A stretch of 64,000 nt of DNA from an uncultured Blautia sp. (GTDB lineage Bacteria > Bacillota > Clostridia > Lachnospirales > Lachnospiraceae): positions 137-64,136 of the forward strand of contig URHS01000007.1 of NCBI GenBank assembly GCA_900547685.1, written 5' to 3'. Below the pieces are notes generated by a model, which made no database searches, was not told the origin of the DNA, and saw only the letters and a list, made by a program, of their open reading frames with translations. Below are positions 8,601-16,637 of this stretch, in pieces (position 1 is the stretch's first letter; each line of letters starts with the position of its first letter). Both the position numbers and the translations under genes were made by a program.

Positions 8601-8670
8601 GGCATAAAAAATAGGACTAAATCAGTGCAAACCCTTGATTTTGTTGGGTTTCTCTTAATTTAGTCCTATT
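8601..8670 (-). terminator. Long hairpin plus U-tract (TAGGACT/AGTCCTA family, copy 1) at the element end
   Basis: AATAGGACTAAAT 8610-8622/ATTTAGTCCTATT 8658-8670; inner AAACCC/GGGTTT; T-tract then ATGCC. Confidence 0.65.
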
Positions 8671-8771
8671 ATAACAGGTTCATGTCTTGTTACATGATAA
8701 TGCTGTGCAAACTCTTCTTGAGACATTTGTTTTGCTTCTCGTAATTTTAAAATTGTTTCTCCGATTTTCAT
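8655..8771 (-). pseudogene. 5' fragment of an XRE-family HTH regulator interrupted by the element
   Basis: RBS AAAAGGAGGT, then MKIGETILKLREAKQMSQEEFAQHYHVTR|HEPVIIGLN*; XRE pattern breaks where QTISxWE is expected. Confidence 0.8.
8668..8676 (-). promoter_or_regulatory. Extended -10 element pointing into the mobile element
   Basis: TGtTATAAT on the minus strand, ~9 bp inside the inferred junction; no good -35 on the host side. Confidence 0.5.
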
Positions 8772-8917
8772 TCTATCGACCTCCTTTTGATTATTCTATT
8801 TTACTGCTTTGTGTTATAAAGTCCAGCAAACAATATTTACAACCGTATTTTTAAGGCGCAAATTATTTTTACGTCGTTCTATTATTCGATTTACAGAGCA
8901 ATCTATCAATTTTAGTG

Positions 8918-8950
8918 CAAAAAAAGCAGGATCTTTTCAGATTTCCTGCT
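8918..8950 (-). terminator. Intrinsic terminator
   Basis: AGCAGGA...TCCTGCT followed by a T-tract on the minus strand. Confidence 0.55.
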
Positions 8951-9164
8951 CAGTAAAGCTGTGGATATGTAATTGTAGTCAACCTATCAGTTGTGCAGGC
9001 TGGAATTAGTTGCCCTATTATTCTTCTCATGAAAATAATTAGTGTTTAATTTAACTTTACTATACTTTCAATAAATTTCTTCTGTTTCTGTATTAGCAAT
9101 TCTTATTCGGTCAAGTTTTATATAATATACAACTAAGAAACGATCTTTTTGCTCTACGAAAAAC

Positions 9165-9201
9165 AAGGATACTTCCTACTCCATATTAAGATAGTATCCT
9201 T
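9165..9201 (-). terminator. Probable terminator after miaB
   Basis: AAGGATACT/AGTATCCTT inverted repeat followed by GTTTTT. Confidence 0.5.
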
Positions 9202-9258
9202 ATTTCTCAAAGCTTATATTCTTTTATAGAGGAAAGCCCTCAAATTTCCATGTTGATT

Positions 9259-10734
9259 TTATTCTACTTTCGTTCCCATATAATAAAAGCCGCGGCATTC
9301 ATCTAAACGTACCTGACAAAGCTGTCCAATTAAGGAAGTGTCTCCTTCAAAATGAACCAGCAGATTGTTGGAAAGACGTCCTGTCATCAGGTGTTTGTCC
9401 TGACTGTTTTGTTCTTCCACCAGAACCTCCATGACTTTTCCTGTGTCTCTTGCAGACATTTCTCTACCAATAGTCTGCACCGTTTCCAAAAGACGGTTAA
9501 AGCGGTCTTTTACCACATCTTCCGGAATTTGATTTTCCATAACGGCAGCAGGTGTTCCCGTACGTTTGGAGTAGATAAAAGTAAAGGCGCTGTCATAGCG
9601 TACTTTTTTTACAACGTCAACGGTTTCCAGAAAATCTTCTTCTGTTTCCCCCGGAAATCCTACAATAATATCTGTGGTAAGAGAAATATCAGGAATGGCA
9701 GTTCTGATTTTTTCTACCAGATTTAAGTATTTTTCTTTATCATATCTGCGGTTCATCTTCTGCAGAATGTCACTGCTGCCTGACTGTAAAGGAAGATGGA
9801 GATGCTTGCAGATTTTTTTACTGTTTTTCATAACTTCAATGAGTTCATCGGATAAATCCTTTGGATGAGAAGTCATAAATCGAATTCTCTTTAATCCCTC
9901 GATTTTTTCAATTTCTGTAAGAAGCTGGGCAAAAGTCATTGGCTCCTCTAAATTCTTTCCGTAAGAATTTACATTTTGCCCTAAAAGCATGACTTCTACA
10001 ACGCCGTCTTTTACCAGACGTTCAATTTCTCTTACTATATCTTTTGGATTTCTGCTGCGTTCTCTTCCTCGTACATAAGGCACAATACAATAGCTGCAGA
10101 AGTTGTTGCAGCCAAACATAATATTTACTCCGGACTTAAAAGGATATTTTCTCTCTACCGGAAGGTCTTCTACGATTTTGTCTGTGTCTTTCCAGATATC
10201 AATAATCATACGGTTGGAAAGAAGAGAGGAAACCACAAGTTCTGCAAATTTATAAATATTATGAGTACCGAAAATCAGATTGACAAAAGAATAGCTTTTT
10301 TTCAACTTTTCCACTACCTGTGGTTCCTGCATCATGCAGCCGCATAAGCCAATCATCATGTGAGGATTTTTCTTTTTCAGGCTGTGAAGATAACCCAGTC
10401 GTCCGTATACGCGAAGATTTGCATTTTCTCTTACCGTACAGGTGTTATAAATCACGAAATCTGCGTTTTCATCCGGCACTTCCACATAGCCTATGCGTTC
10501 CAAAATTCCTACCAGTTTTTCGGAGTCTCTGGCATTCATCTGACAGCCAAAAGTAGTAATATTTGCAGTAAGCGGTCTTCCCAGTTTTTCAGACTGTTCT
10601 TTTACAAGCTGACGCGCTTTTTTCATAAACCAATACTGACGCTGTGGTTCATTTACAGGGGCTTCCTGAGATAAATCCATCTGGTCAATGATATTTTCTA
10701 TTTCATCATTAAATAAAAGTGTTGTATTTTCCAT
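9259..10734 (-). CDS. miaB: tRNA i6A37 methylthiotransferase
   Basis: TFGCQMN, NTCTVRENA, radical-SAM CNNFCSYC, C-terminal TRAM domain. Confidence 0.97.
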   Translation of the reverse strand: MENTTLLFNDEIENIIDQMDLSQEAPVNEPQRQYWFMKKARQLVKEQSEKLGRPLTANITTFGCQMNARDSEKLVGILERIGYVEVPDENADFVIYNTCTVRENANLRVYGRLGYLHSLKKKNPHMMIGLCGCMMQEPQVVEKLKKSYSFVNLIFGTHNIYKFAELVVSSLLSNRMIIDIWKDTDKIVEDLPVERKYPFKSGVNIMFGCNNFCSYCIVPYVRGRERSRNPKDIVREIERLVKDGVVEVMLLGQNVNSYGKNLEEPMTFAQLLTEIEKIEGLKRIRFMTSHPKDLSDELIEVMKNSKKICKHLHLPLQSGSSDILQKMNRRYDKEKYLNLVEKIRTAIPDISLTTDIIVGFPGETEEDFLETVDVVKKVRYDSAFTFIYSKRTGTPAAVMENQIPEDVVKDRFNRLLETVQTIGREMSARDTGKVMEVLVEEQNSQDKHLMTGRLSNNLLVHFEGDTSLIGQLCQVRLDECRGFYYMGTKVE

Positions 10735-10746
10735 TAAACTCATCCT

Positions 10747-11298
10747 TTAATTGATTATTCTTGTTTCTGTAATTACCTTGTCAGGGAAAATATCTGTATC
10801 TTCCGCAGGCACTTCCTCTACAATCTGGAAGTCAAAAGCAACGGCTGCTGTTTTGTGTTTTCTATGTACGGACAAATAGCGGTCATAAAAACCCTGTCCA
10901 TAACCGGCTCTGTGACGATTTTCGTCAAAAGCAACGCCGGGAACAATTAAAAAAGCGTCCTCATCTTTTGCTTCCTCTCCCCATGCTGGCTCCGGTATCT
11001 GGAAATAGCCCGGTTCTAATTGTTCAAAGCTTTCCAGATAATAATACTTCATTTCATGAGCGCCGGTTACTTTGGGAACTGCCACTCGTTTTCCTGCTTT
11101 CCATGCAGCTTCAATCATGCCTTTTGTAACGACCTCTTTATTGTAATCCACATAAGCGTAAATACAGTCTGCTTCCTGAAACTCAGGAAGAGAGATTATA
11201 GTTTCACAGATTTTTTCACTGTATCTTTCTGCATCCTGTTGTGAAAATTCTTTTCGCTTTCCAAAAATATATTTTCTAATTTCCTTTTTTTCTGCCAT
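10747..11298 (-). CDS. 5-formyltetrahydrofolate cyclo-ligase
   Basis: IVPGVAFD..RAGYGQGFYDRYL motif. Confidence 0.95.
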   Translation of the reverse strand: MAEKKEIRKYIFGKRKEFSQQDAERYSEKICETIISLPEFQEADCIYAYVDYNKEVVTKGMIEAAWKAGKRVAVPKVTGAHEMKYYYLESFEQLEPGYFQIPEPAWGEEAKDEDAFLIVPGVAFDENRHRAGYGQGFYDRYLSVHRKHKTAAVAFDFQIVEEVPAEDTDIFPDKVITETRIIN

Positions 11299-11497
11299 AT
11301 TTCTCACCTAAATTGATAATTGTTCCATCTTTTTCCTGAATGTCAATATTATCTAACTGTGCACGCATATTCATACGAATTGCCGCAATGTATTCTGCAC
11401 GAAGTTTTCTCTGTTCTTCTTTTTCTTCCGGTGTCAGTCCTTCTCCCTTTGATTTTCTTGCTAACTCATTGATGCGATTAATGGTATTTTGATCCAT
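11276..11497 (-). CDS. DUF896 (YnzC-like) protein
   Basis: RINELARKSK..GLT.EEKEEQ..LR.EY. Confidence 0.92.
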   Translation of the reverse strand: MDQNTINRINELARKSKGEGLTPEEKEEQRKLRAEYIAAIRMNMRAQLDNIDIQEKDGTIINLGEKYGRKKGN

Positions 11498-11520
11498 ATC
11501 TGTTCATCCTCTCTTTTGTT

Positions 11521-12375
11521 TTATAAATTTTCAAATAGTTCCTGTAAAATATCCTGTTCTTTTTTATCTGCCAGAAAGAGTGTTCCATATTTTCTGCCCT
11601 GCATAATTTTATGTATAACATGGAAGTCTGCACCATTGGCAATCACCATGTCTGCTCCTGCTCCGGTTGCAATACGAGCTGCTGAAAGCTTTGTCGCCAT
11701 TCCTCCTGTACCCACACTGCTGCCTGTAGAGCCTTTCCCCATTTTCATTAAGTGCTCATCCAGTTTCTCTACTACGTCAATAAATTCTGCGCATGGATTG
11801 ACATTGGGGTCGTCTGTAAACAATCCGTCAATATCAGACAGCAGAATAAGCATATCCGCATCTACTAAAGCTGCAACTAAAGCGGACAGGGTGTCGTTGT
11901 CTCCAAAAGTATTGACAAATTCGATTTCATCGGTAGAAACCGTATCATTTTCATTTACAACGGGGATTGCTCCCATGTCCAAAAGGCTCTGAAAGGTGTT
12001 GCGGGCATTTTCTCTGGTAATATCATTTACCATAGTATATTTGGTAATCAGTACCTGTGCCGCCGTCTGACTGTATTCTGCAAATAACTTCTGATAAATC
12101 ATCATAAGTCTTGCCTGTCCAATAGCTGCACATGCCTGTTTTTCAGAAAGGCGAGAAGGCTTTTCCTGTAATCCCATAGCTGCCCGACCTACGGCTATAG
12201 CGCCGGAAGATACCACAATGACTTCTTTTCCCTGATTGTGTAAATCTGCCAGTTCGCGAACCAGTATTTCCAGCTTAATCAAATCCAGTCGTCCTGTTTC
12301 TTTATGCGTCAGTGATGAAGAACCGATTTTGATTACGATGCGCTTTTTGTCTTTTAATTTTTCTCTAATATTCAT
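11521..12375 (-). CDS. proB: Glutamate 5-kinase (no PUA domain)
   Basis: VIKIGSSSL, VSSGAI, NENDTV, GDNDTLSA, GTGGMATK. Confidence 0.97.
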   Translation of the reverse strand: MNIREKLKDKKRIVIKIGSSSLTHKETGRLDLIKLEILVRELADLHNQGKEVIVVSSGAIAVGRAAMGLQEKPSRLSEKQACAAIGQARLMMIYQKLFAEYSQTAAQVLITKYTMVNDITRENARNTFQSLLDMGAIPVVNENDTVSTDEIEFVNTFGDNDTLSALVAALVDADMLILLSDIDGLFTDDPNVNPCAEFIDVVEKLDEHLMKMGKGSTGSSVGTGGMATKLSAARIATGAGADMVIANGADFHVIHKIMQGRKYGTLFLADKKEQDILQELFENL

Positions 12376-12460
12376 GTACTTTCCCTCTTTGGTTCATTTT
12401 CACATCATTTTATATTACACTATTTTTATCTATAAGTCCAGACAGGGATTTTGACACATT

Positions 12461-12937
12461 TTAGCTGGAATAATTTTCCAGAAAATTATAAAGCTCATCA
12501 ATGGTTTCAATTTGCTTTCCCAGTAAAACTTCACTTTGCAGTTCTTGCGGCAGAGATTCTAAAGGGATATCTGTATATTCAAAAACTTGATTCTCCGAAT
12601 TTTCGTATACTACAATATATCCTTCTTCCACTTGAAGCTTATAACCCTCCTCTTTTACCGGAACTGCTTCCTGTCGAAAAACCACTTTGTCAATTCCATA
12701 AGAACTGATTTTGAAAGACTCTTTCTGTAATTTCCCATCTTCGTAATGTTCCAAAACAAAAGTTTTGTTTTTGTTGTTGACTATCGGTACAGAGACTTGT
12801 TGCTTTGCAGAGACATTGGTTTCTTCTAACGCATAAATTCTATCTTTTAAATCCGTAATCTGATACGTAATCAAAAAACCGACGCTAAAAAAAATTACAA
12901 CGAAAAAACAGCCGACACCATAGATTATTCTTTTCAT
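12461..12937 (-). CDS. BofC C-terminal domain protein
   Basis: N-terminal TM; C-terminus TDIPLESLP.ELQ.E...G.....ELYNFLENYSS. Confidence 0.75.
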   Translation of the reverse strand: MKRIIYGVGCFFVVIFFSVGFLITYQITDLKDRIYALEETNVSAKQQVSVPIVNNKNKTFVLEHYEDGKLQKESFKISSYGIDKVVFRQEAVPVKEEGYKLQVEEGYIVVYENSENQVFEYTDIPLESLPQELQSEVLLGKQIETIDELYNFLENYSS

Positions 12938-12964
12938 AAGAACCTCCTTATTTTTGAATATTAA

Positions 12965-12993
12965 TAGTATCGGCTGATTTTCTTATTTTATTC
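12965..12993 (-). promoter_or_regulatory. Forespore (SigF/SigG-like) promoter of the bofC-like gene
   Basis: GAATA...GATACTA on the minus strand upstream of the RBS. Confidence 0.45.
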
Positions 12994-13000
12994 ACTTTTC

Positions 13001-13495
13001 TTAGCGTGTAATTCCAAGGTTTGCCAGAATTTCTTCCTGTTTTTGCTCCATTTCTTTTGCTTCTTCAGGTTCGATATGGTCATAGCCCATAAGGTGCAGC
13101 ATACTGTGAGCAATTAAAAAGGCAAATTCTCTTATCTGTCCATGCCCATAGCTTTCAGCTTGCTCCTGCATTCTGGGAATACAAATCATAATATCTCCTA
13201 AGATTAATTCTCCACTTTCCGGATGAAAACAAGTATCATCTTCCTCTGCAAAGGAGAAATCTGCCGGAGTCGTGAAATCCAGCATAGGAAAAGAGAGAAC
13301 ATCTGTAACACGATCAATATTACGAAATTCCTTATTTGTCTGTTGGATTTCCTCATTTCCGGTTAAAACAAGATTGATTTCAGCTTCGTAGGGGCAGCCT
13401 TCATAATCAAGAGCAGCTTCAATCACTTTTTTTGCCAGTTCTTCATAGTCAAAATCCAGTGTTTCCTCATATTCCATGTCTAAATTCAATGTCAT
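13001..13495 (-). CDS. ybeY: rRNA maturation RNase YbeY
   Basis: TDVLSFP, LGDI, HSMLHLMGYDH. Confidence 0.97.
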   Translation of the reverse strand: MTLNLDMEYEETLDFDYEELAKKVIEAALDYEGCPYEAEINLVLTGNEEIQQTNKEFRNIDRVTDVLSFPMLDFTTPADFSFAEEDDTCFHPESGELILGDIMICIPRMQEQAESYGHGQIREFAFLIAHSMLHLMGYDHIEPEEAKEMEQKQEEILANLGITR

Positions 13496-14505
13496 CGTTC
13501 TTTCCTCCTGTCTTTACGAGGTTTCTTTTCTTTTTTTTCATTTGCTTCTTTTTTCTCATAAGCATCATAAGCCTGAACAATTTTCTGTACCAAAGGATGA
13601 CGCACTACATCTTTATTTGTCAGTTCACAAAAGGCAATATCCTCTACTTTTTTCAGTACGTGAAGGGCAACATCCAGTCCTGACTTCGTACCGGAAGGTA
13701 AATCTTTTTGCGAAAGGTCTCCGGTGACGATCACTTTTGAGCCAAAGCCAATACGGGTAAGGAACATTTTCATCTGTGCAGGCGTGGTATTTTGAGCCTC
13801 ATCTAAGATAATAAAGGCATTATCCAGTGTTCGTCCTCTCATATAGGCAAGAGGTGCGACCTCAATCAAGCCTTTTTCCATGTTTTTGGCAAAGCTTTCT
13901 GCTCCCATAATTTCATAAAGGGCATCATACAAAGGACGAAGATAAGGGTCGATTTTGCTTTGCAGATCACCGGGAAGAAATCCCAGTTTTTCTCCTGCTT
14001 CAATAGCAGGTCTTGTTAAAATAATTCTACCTACTTCATCATTTTTAAATGCTGTGATTGCCATTGCCATAGCAAGATAGGTTTTTCCTGTTCCCGCAGG
14101 ACCAAGGCCGAAGACAATCATTTTTTTACGGATTGCATCGATATATGCCTTTTGCCCCAAGGTTTTCGGCTTAATGGGACGTCCGTTTAAGGTATGGCAA
14201 ATACATTCCTTATCTATTTCTGTAATTACAGAAGTTTTTTCCTCGGCTGCAAGAGCCAGTGCATAATTTACATTCTGCTGGGTAATGGTATTTCCCTTTT
14301 GAGACAATGTCAAAAATTCTCGTATAATTTTTACAGCCTGCTGACAGGAAGCCATAGGTCCTAAAATACGAAGCTGTCCGTCTCTGGAAATAACAGTTAC
14401 ACCCAGTGTCTTTTCTATTTTCTTAATGTGTTCATCAAACTGTCCGAACACATTTCGTTCATGTTCTGCGGGTAATTCCATTTTTTCTTCACAAATATTA
14501 CTCAT
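13492..14505 (-). CDS. phoH: PhoH-family ATPase
   Basis: GPAGTGKTYLA, LTRPAIEAGEKLGFLPG, DEAQN; start ATG 14505. Confidence 0.96.
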   Translation of the reverse strand: MSNICEEKMELPAEHERNVFGQFDEHIKKIEKTLGVTVISRDGQLRILGPMASCQQAVKIIREFLTLSQKGNTITQQNVNYALALAAEEKTSVITEIDKECICHTLNGRPIKPKTLGQKAYIDAIRKKMIVFGLGPAGTGKTYLAMAMAITAFKNDEVGRIILTRPAIEAGEKLGFLPGDLQSKIDPYLRPLYDALYEIMGAESFAKNMEKGLIEVAPLAYMRGRTLDNAFIILDEAQNTTPAQMKMFLTRIGFGSKVIVTGDLSQKDLPSGTKSGLDVALHVLKKVEDIAFCELTNKDVVRHPLVQKIVQAYDAYEKKEANEKKEKKPRKDRRKER

Positions 14506-15727
14506 TAATGCCAAAATTCCTTTCTGTTTGCTGCGGAAGAATGTCTGTGGGAACTTTTTTTCCTGCTTTTTCAACAGCCAAAAGTGTTCCGCTGGCTGTA
14601 CAGACATTTTTTTGTATGTTTATTTTAACATGATTTTCAGATATTTGAACCCCCTTTTCCTCTAAACTTTTTAAAAGTACCTTTAAATGGCGCTGTACTT
14701 TCTCTTTTGCCTCTTTTTCAGTATAGGAAAACTCTTGTGTTTTATATTCGTAATCCGTGCTGGTTCCATAGAAAACAGGAAGTTTAAAATTTTCTGTAAG
14801 ATATAGCTGCTTTAAATTTGTTGTAGTATCAAAAGTTTCCCAGGAAGATTTTCTCTTAAAATCAAAATAATAATCTCCCACCTGCAAAAGACATCCCTTT
14901 CTTTGTTTTCCTGTGTAAACCGGCTTTTGGTATATCATGGAAAACTGATGATAATACTCTAAAGGATATTGTATATAAATGTCTGCGTCCGCATCCGTAT
15001 ATTCATATTTTTCCACTTCTTTGCTGTCATTTAAAATATCTAAGCGGCCACTTACTAAAATTTCTCCCTTTGTACAGGATTCTCCTGTCTTTTTTACGGG
15101 AGTTCCTTTTCTGGTAATCATGGAAACAATTTTTCCTGTTTTATCAGATACCAAATCATAAGCTCCTTTTTCCGGAATTTTTTCTGTATAGATATTATCG
15201 TTTTCTTTAATCTCTAAAAACAAACGACTTCCTGTAATTTTCGCAGAAACCCAGGTAATATTGGGGAATTCTCCTCTTAATTTTTCCGCAATCACAGCAC
15301 AGTCGATTTTTTTTTTCGACACTCCATGACGTACATCGATTTTTTCTAAATAACCCAAAATACTCTGAGTACTGTTATGTATGTTGCCTTCCACATGAAT
15401 ATTCCAGATATAACCGGACAAAAAAAACAGAATTAAAAAACTCAAAAAAATACCGATGAAAAATGCCTTTCTCTTTTTATTTCTATAAAAAAAGAAAGGC
15501 AGTCCATATTTACCTGTAATCCGAATTCTTGTACCTGTTTTTTTGCAAATATTTTTTAAGCGAAAAAAATCTTGAACACTTAAATTCATCTCATAAATAT
15601 CATTTTTATTTACTAAATTCCATACGGTAATTTTATGATAAGCACATAAGTTCAAAAAACGTTCAGGGCTTTGGGTATATGCTTTTATTCGGACATATCC
15701 CTTTCCATAATGACTCCAATCCTGCAC
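14498..15727 (-). CDS. yqfD: Sporulation protein YqfD
   Basis: ERFLNL, GLPFF..R, ILVSG motifs; yqfC-yqfD-phoH-ybeY synteny. Confidence 0.9.
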   Translation of the reverse strand: MQDWSHYGKGYVRIKAYTQSPERFLNLCAYHKITVWNLVNKNDIYEMNLSVQDFFRLKNICKKTGTRIRITGKYGLPFFFYRNKKRKAFFIGIFLSFLILFFLSGYIWNIHVEGNIHNSTQSILGYLEKIDVRHGVSKKKIDCAVIAEKLRGEFPNITWVSAKITGSRLFLEIKENDNIYTEKIPEKGAYDLVSDKTGKIVSMITRKGTPVKKTGESCTKGEILVSGRLDILNDSKEVEKYEYTDADADIYIQYPLEYYHQFSMIYQKPVYTGKQRKGCLLQVGDYYFDFKRKSSWETFDTTTNLKQLYLTENFKLPVFYGTSTDYEYKTQEFSYTEKEAKEKVQRHLKVLLKSLEEKGVQISENHVKINIQKNVCTASGTLLAVEKAGKKVPTDILPQQTERNFGINE

Positions 15728-15738
15728 ACACAACCTCC

Positions 15739-16014
15739 TTATAAAAACAAAATTTTACTGATATTTCCACTTATTTTCATTTCCACATCTGTGTAATAAA
15801 GAATAAGGAGATTTTTTCCCTCAATTTGAATTTTATTTCTTTTGGAAAGAAGTATGATACAAGTATCCTGATATTGTCTTATGCATTTATAATTTTCAAT
15901 ATACAGCTCCTGAGAGCCGGTAAGTGTAAGAACTGCCTCTTTATAAGATAAATCTTTTGGAATTTGTAAGGAGTCTCCTATCTTTCCTGAAAAATCTCCT
16001 AATTTTCTTTTCAC
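15739..16014 (-). CDS. yqfC: YabP/YqfC-family sporulation protein
   Basis: LYIENYK..I.G.NL.I; synteny with yqfD. Confidence 0.85.
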   Translation of the reverse strand: MKRKLGDFSGKIGDSLQIPKDLSYKEAVLTLTGSQELYIENYKCIRQYQDTCIILLSKRNKIQIEGKNLLILYYTDVEMKISGNISKILFL

Positions 16015-16043
16015 CAAAAGCCTCCTGCATAAGTTCTTATTCT

Positions 16044-16072
16044 AACTTATGAAATACGATATAAAATCATGC
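16044..16072 (-). promoter_or_regulatory. SigE-like promoter for yqfCD
   Basis: GCATGA...CATAAGTT; yqfCD is SigE-dependent in B. subtilis. Confidence 0.45.
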
Positions 16073-16074
16073 GG

Positions 16075-16611
16075 CTATTTTAGAAAAAGTATACCAAACC
16101 ATAAAATTTGATTTGCACTTAAAGTGAATTCCAAACCATATTTCTCGGCAAGTTCACAGACAATAATTCCGTGACTTTCTACACAAGGGTGCATCTTTTC
16201 CGGAAAACGGCAGGGTGCATCAGGATAGGTACAGACTTCACAGATATCACAGGACTCTGTAGAAAGTGCCATACAGTCTGTTCCTTTTTCTTTAATAAAG
16301 GCTTCTATGGCTGCTGTGATTTTTTCGTGTTCTTTTCTGGTTTCCAGAGTTTCTTCAAAGTTAATCACATCGGAAACTTCTGCAATCGTAGAAAACAGAA
16401 AACATTCTTTATAATCAAGACAGCGTTTCCTGCATTCTTCCACTGTGCCTACAGCAGGAGGACATGCCCAAGTAGAATTGTATCGTTCACATTCTTTTTC
16501 GCAAATCCAACGTACACGGAAAGAAAACTCTATTTCTTCCGGATTAAAAAAAGCATATTGATATACAGGGAATTGACAAATAAATTCTTCTAATTCTTCA
16601 TGTGAAATCAT
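16075..16611 (-). CDS. DUF2284 metal-binding protein
   Basis: C...C..Y...WACPP, C..C..C......CRFP...P.VE..GI. Confidence 0.85.
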   Translation of the reverse strand: MISHEELEEFICQFPVYQYAFFNPEEIEFSFRVRWICEKECERYNSTWACPPAVGTVEECRKRCLDYKECFLFSTIAEVSDVINFEETLETRKEHEKITAAIEAFIKEKGTDCMALSTESCDICEVCTYPDAPCRFPEKMHPCVESHGIIVCELAEKYGLEFTLSANQILWFGILFLK

Positions 16612-16637
16612 GTGTTTTACTCCTTCTTCTTTTGATT

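Larger units (their letters stand above)
1..8682 (-). mobile_element. One end of an integrated element, probably an ICE; continues beyond the left edge
   Basis: Visibly GC-richer than the flank; co-oriented SpaA/TED adhesin, lipoprotein and ParM/ParR-like genes typical of Lachnospiraceae ICEs; boundary coincides with truncation of an XRE HTH gene at ~8682. No integrase or T4SS gene in window. Confidence 0.8.
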
